64,000 bases of DNA from Dehalococcoidia bacterium (GCA_965197675.1 OZ240221.1:1923437-1987436); one strand, 5' to 3'. Counted from the first letter of the stretch, positions 10,841 through 21,766 are shown. Program-made: numbers and translations. Notes: generated by a model not told the origin, from the sequence alone.

Positions 10841-12205
10841 TTAGAACAGAGTGAGGTATCGCTCTATCTCCCACTGAGTAACCTGCCGATGATAGTCGCT
10901 CCATTCCTGCTCTTTGAGCTGAATGAACTCATCGTAGATAACGTCCAGGGCACTCTGAATCACCGAGTCCTGTTTTATCTCTTCCAAGGCTTCATACAAA
11001 CTTTGGGGCAGCAATCGAATGCCCCTTCGTTCAATCTCATCAAGACCGAGGTCGTACATGTTGCCCAGGTTGGGGTCACCAGGATCCAGTTTCCTCTTCA
11101 CTCCGTCCAACCCGGCCTGTACGTAGGATGCCAAAGCTAGGTAAGGGTTGCATCCGGCAGAAATTGTCCGATCCTCCAAGTGGCCTGGCCCGGCAGTGCG
11201 AATCATTTGTGTACGGTTGTTATCGCCGTAGGAGAGGAAGGCCGGAGTCCACAGGAATCCCGAGCGGGAGCCGACCAATGCTCTTCCTACCTGTAGCCTC
11301 TTGTAGCAGTTCACGGTGGGAGATGTTACACAGCAGAGAGCTCTAGCGTGATGTAAGATACCCCCGATAAAATGGTACGCCATCTCCGATAGCCCCAGAC
11401 CTTGAGGGTCTTCCTCGTCCAGAAAAAGATTCTCTCCCGTTCTTGCGTCTGCCAAGTGGAAATGGATGTGCGCACCACTGCCCGTGCGATCGGAGAAGGG
11501 CTTGGGCATGTGTGTGGCGGTGGCACCATGTTTTTTGGCCACCTGGCTCGTCATCATCTTGAAGAAGGTGTAGCGGTCGGCAGTAGTCAACGCATCGGCA
11601 TAGTGGAAATTAATCTCGTATTGGCCGTTTGCATCCTCGTGATCTGACTGATATACGTCCCAGCCCAATCGATTGAGGCCCTCGTTTATCTCTCTAAGAT
11701 AGTCCATGACCCCAGCGATGCCCTTGAAGTCGTAACAGGCCTTGTCCAAACTGTCCACATCATCTGGGTCCCATACCGCTATCGAGCCGTCATCGTTGTG
11801 CTTAACCAGGAAATGCTCCGGCTCTATACCTACATTAAAAACGTATCCTTGATCTCTGACTAGAGATAGTACCCTCTTCAGGTTTGTCCGTGGGCAATAG
11901 GGGTGAGGCTGATCATCAACGTACAGATCGCTGGCAAATCGGGCTGCGGTGGGCTCCCAGGGGAGTGGTGTATAGCTGTCAAGATCGATCCTGGCCAACA
12001 TGTCGTGGGAATGAGGCCCCTGACCCATGCCGGGTACGGCCCCTCCTGCGAATCCCGCCCCCACATCGATGACATCATCGAAGTGACTAACGGGCACAAG
12101 CTTGACTTTGGCAGCTCCATGGATGTCGACATATTGGGTCAGGACGTACTCGATTCCATCCTGCTCCATTCGTTGGCGGACATCTTCTCTATTATCTGCG
12201 GCCAT
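10841..12205 (-). CDS. glutamine synthetase family protein; in this context probably gamma-glutamylmethylamide synthetase (GmaS-like)
   Basis: GS catalytic-domain pattern at GmaS-like length (454 aa). Lies between the mgsABC-like and sox/mgd-like genes. Confidence 0.7.
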   Translation of the reverse strand: MAADNREDVRQRMEQDGIEYVLTQYVDIHGAAKVKLVPVSHFDDVIDVGAGFAGGAVPGMGQGPHSHDMLARIDLDSYTPLPWEPTAARFASDLYVDDQPHPYCPRTNLKRVLSLVRDQGYVFNVGIEPEHFLVKHNDDGSIAVWDPDDVDSLDKACYDFKGIAGVMDYLREINEGLNRLGWDVYQSDHEDANGQYEINFHYADALTTADRYTFFKMMTSQVAKKHGATATHMPKPFSDRTGSGAHIHFHLADARTGENLFLDEEDPQGLGLSEMAYHFIGGILHHARALCCVTSPTVNCYKRLQVGRALVGSRSGFLWTPAFLSYGDNNRTQMIRTAGPGHLEDRTISAGCNPYLALASYVQAGLDGVKRKLDPGDPNLGNMYDLGLDEIERRGIRLLPQSLYEALEEIKQDSVIQSALDVIYDEFIQLKEQEWSDYHRQVTQWEIERYLTLF

Positions 12206-12244
12206 GGAACTCCTCCTCCCTGGCCAATCAGGTTTCTGGGACGT

Positions 12245-13549
12245 CTAGTCCCAGCCGAAAACTTTATCGGTGCCGACCAGCGGAATCCGGGCCATGGCTG
12301 ACGCCTCGATGGTCAGAGCTGCCATGTCTTCTGGTTCCAAGCTGTGGACATCACTCTTGCCTAGAGAGCGGGTTAAAAGTGCCATCTCCATAGTCATGGA
12401 GTTGATGAAGTTGGCTACCCGAATGGCACCTTCCTCTGGGTCTAACCTCTTTTCCAGCTCGGGGTTCTGAGTGGCGATGCCTACTGGACATAGACCGGTC
12501 TGACAGTGATGGCAGTGTCCCGCTTTGATACCCACCTCTTTCTCGAAATCGGCCTCCGGAATATCCTTGTTGCAGTTCAAGGCTATCAAGGCGGCGATCC
12601 CGATGGCCACAGCATCGGCACCGAGAGCCAGGGCTTTGGCGGCGTCTACTCCGCTCCTTATACCTCCCGAAGCTATGAGGCTCACCTCACCGTAGAGCCC
12701 CAGCTCTCTTAGGGCCTCCCTGGCCAGAACTATAGCGGGGACGGTAGGTATGCCACTGTGATCCAGCAGTATCTCCGAAGAAGCTCCAGTGCCTGCCAGC
12801 ATGCTGTCTATGACTATGGCGTCGGCTCCCGCCTTCGCCGCCAGCTTGACATCATCCTTGACCCTGCAGGCTCCCAGCTTCACGTGGACCGGCACCTTCC
12901 AGTCAGTGGCTTCTCGAAGCTGTTCTATCTTCATCCCCAAATCGTCCGGGCCAAGCCAGTCTGGATGACGGGTGGGGCTGCGCTGGTCTATCCCTGAGGG
13001 GAGGTCTCGCATTTCCGCTATGTGATCCAGGACTTTTACGCCCATCAGCAACCCCCCGGTGCCTGGCTTGGCTCCCTGACCAACACATATCTCAATGGCA
13101 TCTGCCATCATTATGTGGTGAGGGTCTACCCCATACCGACTGGGCAGTATCTGATATATCAGCTTGTCCGATGCTTTCCTCTCGTCCATCAGCATACCAC
13201 CATCGCCGGTGCAGGTGGCGGAACCCACCATAGATGTGGCCTCTCCCAGAGCCACTTTGGCGTTTCTTGAGAGGGCCCCGTAGCTCATGCCAGTGATATA
13301 GATAGGGGTCTCTAACTCCAGGGGTTGTTCGGCGTACCTCTTGCCGATGATTGTCCTGGTGTTGCACTTCTCTTTGTATCCCTCCAGCGGGAACCGAGTC
13401 AGCCCTGTGGAAAGAAATGTCAGGTCGTCGAAGTGAGTGACCTTTTGAAAGGTGCTGAAGCCTCTGATCCGGTATCTGCCCAGCTCAGCTTTGGAATGCA
13501 CATCGTTGATAACATGAGGTGGCCAAATCTGGCTACTGCCCATCACCAT
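12245..13549 (-). CDS. FMN-dependent glutamate synthase domain protein (GltB central domain; MgsC-like N-methylglutamate synthase subunit C)
   Basis: Stand-alone GltB FMN/Fe-S domain with a Cys cluster (CHHCQTGLCPVG). Confidence 0.75.
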   Translation of the reverse strand: MVMGSSQIWPPHVINDVHSKAELGRYRIRGFSTFQKVTHFDDLTFLSTGLTRFPLEGYKEKCNTRTIIGKRYAEQPLELETPIYITGMSYGALSRNAKVALGEATSMVGSATCTGDGGMLMDERKASDKLIYQILPSRYGVDPHHIMMADAIEICVGQGAKPGTGGLLMGVKVLDHIAEMRDLPSGIDQRSPTRHPDWLGPDDLGMKIEQLREATDWKVPVHVKLGACRVKDDVKLAAKAGADAIVIDSMLAGTGASSEILLDHSGIPTVPAIVLAREALRELGLYGEVSLIASGGIRSGVDAAKALALGADAVAIGIAALIALNCNKDIPEADFEKEVGIKAGHCHHCQTGLCPVGIATQNPELEKRLDPEEGAIRVANFINSMTMEMALLTRSLGKSDVHSLEPEDMAALTIEASAMARIPLVGTDKVFGWD

Positions 13550-13564
13550 GTTGTTTCTCCCCTC

Positions 13565-14248
13565 CTAGATCACCCGTTTTTCTGACCGCTCTAGCGAATC
13601 GAAGTGGTACAGCTTCTTAGCTGATACGATCTTCTTGAAGTGAGGTTTATCCGTGACGCCATAGCCTTCCAAGATGCGCCATATCTCAACAAGTTCATCC
13701 TCCGTAGGTTCTTCTATCTTGGCGTCGCTTCCTAAAGAGCCAATGCTTCCCGCGACGAAGATCTCTCCCTCGTACATCGAGTCTCCCACACCGTCTCCTA
13801 CATCTCCACAGACTATTATCCTACCCTTCTGCATCATGAATCCAGTGAGAAATCCAGTATCGCCTCGGACGATGAGGGTGCCCCCTTTCATGGAGATGCC
13901 GGCTCTAGCTCCCGCGTTGCCGCCGACGAAGACCTCCCCACCCCTAATAGTCGAGGCTACTGAGGCGCCGGCATTTTTGGTCAATACGATTTTGCCATTC
14001 ATCAGATTGTCGCCTAGTGCCCAACCCGCATTGCCGTTGATAACTACCTCGGGGCCATCCATCAGGCTGGAGCAGAAATATCCGACACTCCCTTCGAAAG
14101 TAATCTTACAGGGCTTGAGGAGACCAACAGCCAGGTTGTGTCTGGCCTGAGGATTCAAGACTCTAATCTCTTGGTTCTCAGAAGTCAACTGCTTGATACG
14201 CTGGTTAATTTCCCGCACGCTCAAGGTGCTGGCTTTTATATCAGCCAC
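13565..14248 (-). CDS. glutamate synthase GXGXG-domain protein (MgsB-like)
   Basis: Repeated G-x-G-x-G beta-helix motif (GNAGWALG, GGNAGARAG, GDVGDGVG). Confidence 0.75.
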   Translation of the reverse strand: MADIKASTLSVREINQRIKQLTSENQEIRVLNPQARHNLAVGLLKPCKITFEGSVGYFCSSLMDGPEVVINGNAGWALGDNLMNGKIVLTKNAGASVASTIRGGEVFVGGNAGARAGISMKGGTLIVRGDTGFLTGFMMQKGRIIVCGDVGDGVGDSMYEGEIFVAGSIGSLGSDAKIEEPTEDELVEIWRILEGYGVTDKPHFKKIVSAKKLYHFDSLERSEKRVI

Positions 14249-15150
14249 GTCATAACCTCTTTTTCTTGAGGCTCCACACGTTCAATCTCATCGGGAAAAA
14301 TAGTCCTCAGAGCGACTTCCTCGGAAGCTAGAGAGATCATCTCTTTTGTCTCCATGAGGACTAGCGGCTTAGCTGCCCACTGATCTTTGGCGGCACCCAA
14401 TCCATCTTTGGTTGATACTAGATAAGTGAACGTACCGTCCAAGTCATCCAAAGAGGCCTCGAGAGCTTGTTGAAGCGAGGCCCCCTTGGCCAGCCTGTCA
14501 GCCAGATAGACGGCGATGAGTTCTGAATCGTTCTCAGTTTGAAAGCGGTGGCCCTGGTCTTCGTAGGCCCTCTTCAGCTTGTGATAGTTGGTGAGCTGTC
14601 CATTGTGAACGACAGTGATATCGGGAAACGGATACGCCCAGAAGGGATGAGCGTGAGTAATATCCACTCGACTCTCGGTAGCCATCCGAACGTGCCCAAT
14701 CCCGTGAGTACCCTTGAAAGAGGAGACTTTGTGCTTCTCATCGAGGTCTACACCACTTCCCACGTCCTTGATCACCTCCGAGCGTTCTCCTAGGCTATGG
14801 ATTTCGACCCCGTCGATGTTAACCAGAGCATCGGCCAGTACGTCAACGCCACCTTCATAGTTGACACCTAGTCTCAGGTACTCTCCTATAGAACCCCTAG
14901 TCCTCACCACCCCTCCACTCTCTGTAACTTTCTCTTCGACCTGCTGAAAGCGATCCTCGTAATCACTTTCGGGGTCGGCCCAGACTCGGATTAGGTAGTC
15001 CTCCTCTAATTCCTCACCTGCGATCGTTACGCCGCTGGAGTCCAGACCCCTGTGCTTCATCGCCTCCAGCATTTTCACCAGATCTTCCCCCACTGTAGCC
15101 AAGCTTCCAGGACTGGACAACTTGTACATAATGCCGCCTATGCCACACAT
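14236..15150 (-). CDS. class II glutamine amidotransferase domain protein (MgsA-like)
   Basis: Starts MCGI, with the catalytic Cys2 of Ntn-type amidotransferases. About 300 aa. First gene of the array. Confidence 0.75.
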   Translation of the reverse strand: MCGIGGIMYKLSSPGSLATVGEDLVKMLEAMKHRGLDSSGVTIAGEELEEDYLIRVWADPESDYEDRFQQVEEKVTESGGVVRTRGSIGEYLRLGVNYEGGVDVLADALVNIDGVEIHSLGERSEVIKDVGSGVDLDEKHKVSSFKGTHGIGHVRMATESRVDITHAHPFWAYPFPDITVVHNGQLTNYHKLKRAYEDQGHRFQTENDSELIAVYLADRLAKGASLQQALEASLDDLDGTFTYLVSTKDGLGAAKDQWAAKPLVLMETKEMISLASEEVALRTIFPDEIERVEPQEKEVMTWLI

Positions 15151-15201
15151 GTCTGACTCCTAGTTCCGTATTTGAGGACTAATTTACGCTTTTGTTTGAT
15201 G

Positions 15202-15942
15202 TTACGCAACGTGCTCTAGTATAAATGACGGGCCATAGCGCGTGCCTTTCTCGTCTCCTTCAGTGGCGGCGCTACCTGCCGACATATGTCCATGACGTAG
15301 GGATATCTGGGGTTGAAAGTGCATCCCTTGGGCGGGTTCAGTGGGCCTGGCGTCCCCGATAAGGATGACTCCCTCTCTTTTGACCTCTACTACTGGGTCG
15401 GACGTCGGTACTGCCAAGAGCAATGCTTTTGTGTCTGGATGTTGAGCATTCTCGTACAACTGGTCCCTGCCTGTTATTTCCGCAATTCTACTCATGTACA
15501 TCACCGCCACTCGATCCGATATGTAGCTAACCAATGAGAGATAGTGGGCTGTAAAGACGTAAGTGAGGTTGAACTGCTCCTGGATCTCTTGCAGCAGTTT
15601 ACTGATTTGAGCTTGAATCGATACATCTAGAGTTGAAACCGGCTCGTTGCGCACTATGAAGGAGGGATTTATCACCAGTGCCTTTGTACCCCATATTCTT
15701 TGTCGCTGTCTCCCGCTGAACTCGTGGGTATACCTGTCCACTATATTTAGGCTTGACCCAACCACTTGAAATAGCTCTTTTACACGCTCTCTGCGCTCTG
15801 CGTGGTATCTAATATTGTAGATTACTGACGGCTCTCCCACAACGTACCCTTCGGACGCTCGGGCAATTGGCTCTGGGAACGTTGCTGTCTCGTGCAACTT
15901 GGACTTCGACCGACGGTTGCTTGCTATAAACTTCCGCAGCAA
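15202..15942 (-). pseudogene. degenerate ABC-transporter ATPase fragment (OppF/DppF-like); lacks the Walker A region and has mutated signature and Walker B motifs
   Basis: Signature reads FSGRQRQRI where LSGGQRQR is canonical. Walker B reads FIVRNEPVSTLD where xxxxDEPTSALD is canonical. The N-terminal 80 or so residues are absent. Confidence 0.45.
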
Positions 15943-16378
15943 CCTACGATCGAATCCACAAGGAATCCGATACCTCGATCAATATGCCCACATTTTACAT
16001 TATGGAGCTGTACGCAGAGTTCTACGAACAGAGGGTCAGTGTCACGGTATCATCACCAGCAGCAGAGTCTTGACCATGCGGCTCAGCAGTGTGGTGTTGA
16101 GGTTGTTGGGCAACCCCGCCGAGCTAACCACTGCCAGAACTGTCCTTGTGGCCCACATGCCTAAGGGCGAGGCAAAGCATTCATGAATACATCCATGCAC
16201 TCTTTACCTGCGCTTGAAACTACGATCATTGCACTCATGAACATAAGCACCGCCCAATGCTTTTTACAGGTGTGCGAGCGTTGGGCTGCTACAGTTCCCT
16301 TGGTCTATACCCCGTGCCCTCCTCGAACTCTCGCGGGAAGGGCTGCACTCGTCCGGTCTCCATTATGCTGGTCGCGCA

Positions 16379-16981
16379 GTGGCTGTGGGGGGGTGGTTCC
16401 TGTTCTACGAAACTGTTCCTTCCAAGGAGCTCGCACCTCAAGTGTTCCAAGACCTCACTCCACTCAATGGGAATGGGTCCCCTGCTCAGGTCGAGGAAGC
16501 CATACGGTGTCTTGGCCAGTACCTTAGCTTGAAGTCAACAAGGCCGGATAACGATTTGGGTGTGGGGCCTGACGTGCTCTGGCTTTCGGATGACGGACTC
16601 GCTGTCTGCATGGAGGCCAAGACTGACAAGCAGGCCTCTTCACTCTACCGCAAGGAGGACGTAGGCCAGCTGCACAATCATGTTCAATGGGTGAATGACA
16701 ATCATCAGGTCTCGGAGATTATTCCAGTTTTCGTAGGTCCCCTACTATCGGCCTCCAAGGAGGCAAGCCCGTCGCCAGACATGAAGATAATCGAGTTGCG
16801 GCAGTTCCACGAGTTCAGCCAACGGCTCATAGCTGCACTGCAAGACGTAGCTCAAAGTGCACTTCCATTGAGTCTCGAACACGACCTACGTGAAGCGATG
16901 AGGAACCGGAACCTGATGTACCCCGAAGTTGCCGCCAACTTGGAGGGGTGCCTCCTGGAAGATGTTCCCACACCGAGTTGA
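16379..16981 (+). CDS. hypothetical protein with a PD-(D/E)xK-nuclease-like motif (PDVLW...MEAKTDK); possibly the 3' remnant of a larger gene
   Basis: A D...E-x-K arrangement. The upstream region 15943..16378 has only short overlapping ORFs. Confidence 0.3.
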   Translation: MAVGGWFLFYETVPSKELAPQVFQDLTPLNGNGSPAQVEEAIRCLGQYLSLKSTRPDNDLGVGPDVLWLSDDGLAVCMEAKTDKQASSLYRKEDVGQLHNHVQWVNDNHQVSEIIPVFVGPLLSASKEASPSPDMKIIELRQFHEFSQRLIAALQDVAQSALPLSLEHDLREAMRNRNLMYPEVAANLEGCLLEDVPTPS

Positions 16982-17323
16982 TTAAGTCAGTCGGCTTCCT
17001 GAGGATTCTCTAGGAAACGGTAAAGGTTCCTTTGCACGACCCGCCAGGCGGAACAGCCATAGGCATAGCGGCGGCTTCCTTTGGCACACCTCGTCGGATA
17101 CCCATAGTCAGGGTTGCCTCCGACCTACGGCCCGAGCGTGAGTCGCCCAATGCTGTCTGCGCCGCTGCCCGCGGCGGCAAGGCGGTTCAGTTCTCACGCG
17201 TACATAGAGGGAGTGGCTGGTCTTCAACGGCTTCTCGGAGCGTATCCAGAAGTGGAACGCGGTGCTAGGGAGTCACAGACCCCCGAGCCACATCTCGAAG
17301 ATGGTTCTGTCTACCGTACACGT

Positions 17324-17399
17324 TGGTGGAGCTGGGGGGATTCGAACCCCCGACCTCCTCAATGCCATTGAGGCGCGCTCCCAACTGCGCCACAGCCCC
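17324..17399 (-). tRNA. tRNA-Ala (anticodon GGC), CCA encoded
   Basis: Cloverleaf folded by hand. Acceptor GGGGCTG/CAGCTCC carries the G3:U70 Ala identity pair. Anticodon loop is ATGGCAT. T-loop is GGTTCGAATCC. Confidence 0.9.
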
Positions 17400-17460
17400 A
17401 CGCCACCAACAAGTCAGACGGTGATAAACGATAGCAGAAGGGATAAGCTATATCAACTTT

Positions 17461-18336
17461 TCAACCTTGAAGAACCTGCTGCATAGTGATACCGATGCGA
17501 TCAGGGCTCTCGACTATGTGAGACCCTGCTTCTTTCAAGGCTTCTACCTTGGCTCTGGCGGTAGCGGCTTCTCCGGTGATGATGGCGCCGGCGTGTCCCA
17601 TCCTCCGACCTGGGGGCGCCGTTGCTCCTCCAATGAAAGCCACCACTGGTTTGCTCATTTCCCTTTTTATAAATTCAGCTGCCTCTTGCTCTTGAGTGCC
17701 CCCTATCTCCCCGATCATCACCACCGCCTCAGTATCGGCATCATGCTGGAACATGCTTAATACATCCACAAAGTGAGTGCCTATGATGGGGTCGCCGCCG
17801 ATTCCTATACAGGTGGACTGACCGATTCCTAGCTCGGTGAGTTGAGCGACAGCCTCGTATGTAAGGGTGCCACTGCGAGAGATCACTCCTACTTTACCCG
17901 GCTTGTGGATGTTGCCGGGCATGATTCCCACTTTGCACTTTCCGCCCGGAGAGATTACTCCTGGACAGTTAGGCCCTATCAGTCGGATGTTTTTATCCTT
18001 GAGGTAGCGAGTTACTGCAATCATATCCAAGACGGGTATCCCCTCAGTTATGCAGGTTATTAGGGGAATACCCGAGTCGGCGGACTCAAGGATGGCGTCG
18101 GCGGCAAAGGCCGCTGGAACGAAGATCAGAGAAGCGTTGGCGCGAGTATTTTCCACGGCCTTCTGAACCGAGTTGTAAATGGGAATCCCATCCACCTGCT
18201 TCCCGCCTTTTCCAGGAGTGACACCGGCCACAATATTGGTGCCGTACTCCTTACATCTGAGGGTATGGAAGCTGCCATCCCTACCAGTTATGCCCTGTAC
18301 AAGAAGATGGGTGCTTTCGTTCACTAGGATACTCAT
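17461..18336 (-). CDS. sucD: succinate--CoA ligase (ADP-forming) alpha subunit
   Basis: Strong SucD pattern, including the phosphohistidine loop (GHAGAII). Confidence 0.9.
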   Translation of the reverse strand: MSILVNESTHLLVQGITGRDGSFHTLRCKEYGTNIVAGVTPGKGGKQVDGIPIYNSVQKAVENTRANASLIFVPAAFAADAILESADSGIPLITCITEGIPVLDMIAVTRYLKDKNIRLIGPNCPGVISPGGKCKVGIMPGNIHKPGKVGVISRSGTLTYEAVAQLTELGIGQSTCIGIGGDPIIGTHFVDVLSMFQHDADTEAVVMIGEIGGTQEQEAAEFIKREMSKPVVAFIGGATAPPGRRMGHAGAIITGEAATARAKVEALKEAGSHIVESPDRIGITMQQVLQG

Positions 18337-19490
18337 ACCGTTGCAGATACCACCTTCTCTGCGGCCTCCCTAAGGTCAGATACAAAAGTGATGTTAAGGC
18401 CCGATTCCTCCAACAGTTTCCGGCCCTCCTCTACGTTGGTGCCTCTCATTCGTACCACTACGGGAATGTCGGTTTTCAAGTACTGAGATGCCGCCACGAT
18501 GCCTCTAGAGGCTATGTCGCAGCGAAGAATACCTCCAAAGATGTTAACCAAGACTCGTTTGACTTTGGGGTCGGACACCAGCAGCTTGAAGGCCTGAGCG
18601 ATCTTCTCTTCGTTGGCCCCTCCCCCTACATCCAGGAAATTTGCTGGCGAGGCTCCAAGGAACTTAATTATGTCCATACTGGCCATAGCCAGTCCTGCAC
18701 CGTTAACCATGCAGCCCACATCGCCGTCCAGCTTAATGTAGTTAATGTCATACTCGCTGGCCAGCACGTCCATGGGGTCTTCCTGTGAAACGTCTCTAAG
18801 TTCCTGAATATCGGGGTGCTTGAACAGGGCATCGTCGTCGAAGCTTATCTTAGCGTCGAGGGCCATCAGATTTCCCTCATCAGTGACGACGAGAGGATTG
18901 ATCTCCACTAGACTGCAGTCCTTATCAGTAAACAGTCTATACAGCGCGGATATGAGGGAGCCGGTAGGGCGAATAAGGTTGCCGCTAAGGTTAAGTCCGT
19001 AGGCTAACCTGCGACCTTGGAAGGGTTGTAGTCCAATGATTGGGTCAATATACTCTTTGAGTATCTTCTCTGGAGTGGAGGCCGCTATTTCCTCTATCTC
19101 CATCCCCCCGGCCTCGCTGGCCATTACTAGGGGCATCTGGGCGGAGCCATCAACGAGTATGCTTAGATATAGCTCCCTCTGAGGCTGGGCAGCCCTTTCT
19201 ATCAAAACGGTATTGACCGGAACTCCTTCTGCCGAGGTCTGATGAGTTACCAACCGAGTGCCCAGCATCTCCGCAGCTATCTTTTCGGCCTCATCGGGAA
19301 AGTCTGCTACCTTGATTCCACCAGACTTTCCCCTTCCTCCTGCGTGTACCTGGGATTTCACCACTACTTTGCCTCCCAGCTCTTGAGCGACTCCCCGAGC
19401 TTCTTCAGCAACAGTGATGGGTTTTCCTTCTGGAATGGGAATCTTGTACTTGCTTAGAAGGTTCTTAGCTTGATACTCGTGAATCTTCAT
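18333..19490 (-). CDS. sucC: succinate--CoA ligase (ADP-forming) beta subunit
   Basis: Starts [12 protein letters not shown] with an ATP-grasp domain. Overlaps sucD by 4 nt. Confidence 0.9.
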   Translation of the reverse strand: MKIHEYQAKNLLSKYKIPIPEGKPITVAEEARGVAQELGGKVVVKSQVHAGGRGKSGGIKVADFPDEAEKIAAEMLGTRLVTHQTSAEGVPVNTVLIERAAQPQRELYLSILVDGSAQMPLVMASEAGGMEIEEIAASTPEKILKEYIDPIIGLQPFQGRRLAYGLNLSGNLIRPTGSLISALYRLFTDKDCSLVEINPLVVTDEGNLMALDAKISFDDDALFKHPDIQELRDVSQEDPMDVLASEYDINYIKLDGDVGCMVNGAGLAMASMDIIKFLGASPANFLDVGGGANEEKIAQAFKLLVSDPKVKRVLVNIFGGILRCDIASRGIVAASQYLKTDIPVVVRMRGTNVEEGRKLLEESGLNITFVSDLREAAEKVVSATV

Positions 19491-19527
19491 AGGTTTCTAC
19501 GTCTGGATGAAGGATTTTTAGGACGCC

Positions 19528-20688
19528 TCACCAGTAGGAACCAATCCAAGTCCCTGTGTAGTCATAAGGAACGGGAGGACGCTTCTCTATTATATCTTCG
19601 CGAATGTCAGTACCCATGCCTGGGCCATCGGGCACATGTAGGTATCCTTTCGAGAAAACTATCGGTTCTGTTAGTATCTCGTTGAAGTATTCCAGATGGG
19701 GATATAGGAATTCTTGAATGATAAAGTTGGGAATGCAGGCATCCAGGATCAGGCTGGCTACAGTGGAAATAGGACCGTTGGAGTTGTGAGGCTGGACCGC
19801 TACGTAGTATGACTCGGCCATGGCTGCGATCTTCTTCATCTCAAGAAAACCTCCTGCATGGCAGATGTCGGGCTGGATGATACGAGCCGCATGCTTCTCT
19901 AAGAGGGGTCTGTAGTCCCATCGGGTGTATAAGCGCTCGCCAGTAGCCACAGGAATGCGAATAGATGATTGCACTTTTGCCATGGCATCCACGTTGTCTG
20001 GGGGAATGGGCTCCTCGTAGAAGAAGGGATCATAAGGCTCCAGCTTCTGGGCCATGCGAATTGCGCTCCACATGTTGAATCGACCGTGACACTCAATGAG
20101 GAGGTCAATACTTGGTCCTACTGCCTCTCGAACGGCTTTAACGCTGGCGACAGCGAACTCCTCTTCCTCTTTAGAGATGACCTGGCCAGCGTTCCGGAAA
20201 GGGTCCCACTTCAACGCTGTGAAGCCCTTGGAGACCATTTTCTGAGCGAGCCTTGCTATGGACTCAGGGGTCTCGTCCAATGCTATTTCGGTTTCCGACT
20301 CCCTTAGGATCCAGTCGGTGGGATACGAGCGAACTTTGTCCCTCAGCTTACCGCCCAGGAATTCGTAAATCGGAACGCCCAAAGCCTTACCTTTGATGTC
20401 CCACAGGGCCTGCTCGATACCACTAAGGGCCGTTAGGGCGATGAGCTGCCCATACCAAAAGGTCTGTTTGTAAAGAGAGTTCCAGATGTATTCGATTTGG
20501 AAGGGGTCTTTGCCTATGAGGAAGTCTTTGAAGGACTCCAGTGCCTTGACTATCACCGAGTCGTGGACCTCCAGGCTCGATTCGCCAATGCCAGTAATAT
20601 CGGCGTCGGTGTAGAGCTTGACGAAGGTCCAGTTCCAGTTGGACTTACCGCCCCTTGTTTGGAAAACGCGCAGGTCAGTTATTCGCAT
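19528..20688 (-). CDS. enolase-superfamily enzyme (mandelate racemase / D-galactonate-D-mannonate dehydratase-like)
   Basis: MRITDL...NW.FVK..TD.GI.GIGE N-terminal capping domain and a TIM-barrel C-terminus. Confidence 0.7.
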   Translation of the reverse strand: MRITDLRVFQTRGGKSNWNWTFVKLYTDADITGIGESSLEVHDSVIVKALESFKDFLIGKDPFQIEYIWNSLYKQTFWYGQLIALTALSGIEQALWDIKGKALGVPIYEFLGGKLRDKVRSYPTDWILRESETEIALDETPESIARLAQKMVSKGFTALKWDPFRNAGQVISKEEEEFAVASVKAVREAVGPSIDLLIECHGRFNMWSAIRMAQKLEPYDPFFYEEPIPPDNVDAMAKVQSSIRIPVATGERLYTRWDYRPLLEKHAARIIQPDICHAGGFLEMKKIAAMAESYYVAVQPHNSNGPISTVASLILDACIPNFIIQEFLYPHLEYFNEILTEPIVFSKGYLHVPDGPGMGTDIREDIIEKRPPVPYDYTGTWIGSYW

Positions 20689-20775
20689 GCCTGTGTTGAA
20701 GAAAGGTCTACGTTGTCCCCAGGAATTCAGTGTGATATTACCATACTTTTGAATCGGGTAAGTATGAAGTGTCTC

Positions 20776-21678
20776 TTAGCCTGGTTTCACCTGTTGCCCG
20801 ATGCTGGAGTGTAGGGCAGGCTTGATGCGCTCCATGATCTCGGCGATGTGGAAGTATTGATTGAGCACATAGAAATGGATACCGGGAACGCCCCTCTCCA
20901 GGAGGTCCATGGCCTGGTTGGCAGTATGAGTTATGCCTATTTCGTGGACTCTGCCCTGATCTTCTCCCGCATCTTCTAGCTCCTGTAGAAGCTCTTTGGG
21001 AATGCTAGCTCCGCAAATCCCCGTAATGCGCTTGATCTGCTCCACATTTAGAATCGGCATGAGGCCAGCGACGATGGGCTGTTGAATTTCTAAGGTCTGG
21101 CACTTATCCACCAAGGAATAATAATCACTATTGTCGTAGTAAAGCTGTGTGATGATCACATCGGCGCCGGCATCGGCTTTTTGCTTAAGATATTTCAAAT
21201 CGGTATCGAAGTCTGATGCCTCCAAATGCTTCTCTGGGTATCCTGCCACTGCTATGCCGAAGCATCCGTGTCTGCGGATGTGTCCCACCAATGAATTAGC
21301 ATGCTCATATCCCCCCTCCATAGGCTTGAAGCTGGTCTCTCCTCGAGGGGGGTCACCTCTTAGTGCGACGATGTTCTCAATGTTGTATGCGCATATCTCA
21401 TCCAGGGCTTGATCGATCTCATCCTGTCGCAAGCCGATGCAGGTCAGGTGGTGAGCCGTCTCCATTCCGTACTGGTTTTTGATCTTCGACGCTACTTCTA
21501 ACGTTCGATCTCGAGTGGTACCCATAGCGCCATATGTCACGGTTATAAAGGAAGGTTCCAGCAAGACCAGCTTGGGGAGGCGCTCTTCCAGTTGCTCCAT
21601 ACCTTTATCGGTCTTCGGAGGAAACAGCTCAAAGGATATGACGGGGCGATGGTTTCGGTAATATTCGGCGAACTTCAT
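20776..21678 (-). CDS. metF: 5,10-methylenetetrahydrofolate reductase
   Basis: Typical MetF N-terminus (ISFELFPPKT) and about 300 aa. Confidence 0.85.
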   Translation of the reverse strand: MKFAEYYRNHRPVISFELFPPKTDKGMEQLEERLPKLVLLEPSFITVTYGAMGTTRDRTLEVASKIKNQYGMETAHHLTCIGLRQDEIDQALDEICAYNIENIVALRGDPPRGETSFKPMEGGYEHANSLVGHIRRHGCFGIAVAGYPEKHLEASDFDTDLKYLKQKADAGADVIITQLYYDNSDYYSLVDKCQTLEIQQPIVAGLMPILNVEQIKRITGICGASIPKELLQELEDAGEDQGRVHEIGITHTANQAMDLLERGVPGIHFYVLNQYFHIAEIMERIKPALHSSIGQQVKPG

Positions 21679-21766
21679 GATTGGGGCTACAAGGAAATGT
21701 GGGGTGATTGTACTACGACTATGAGGCCAACTCCAAACTTAGTGTTGGAACTAGAGAGTAAAGCAC

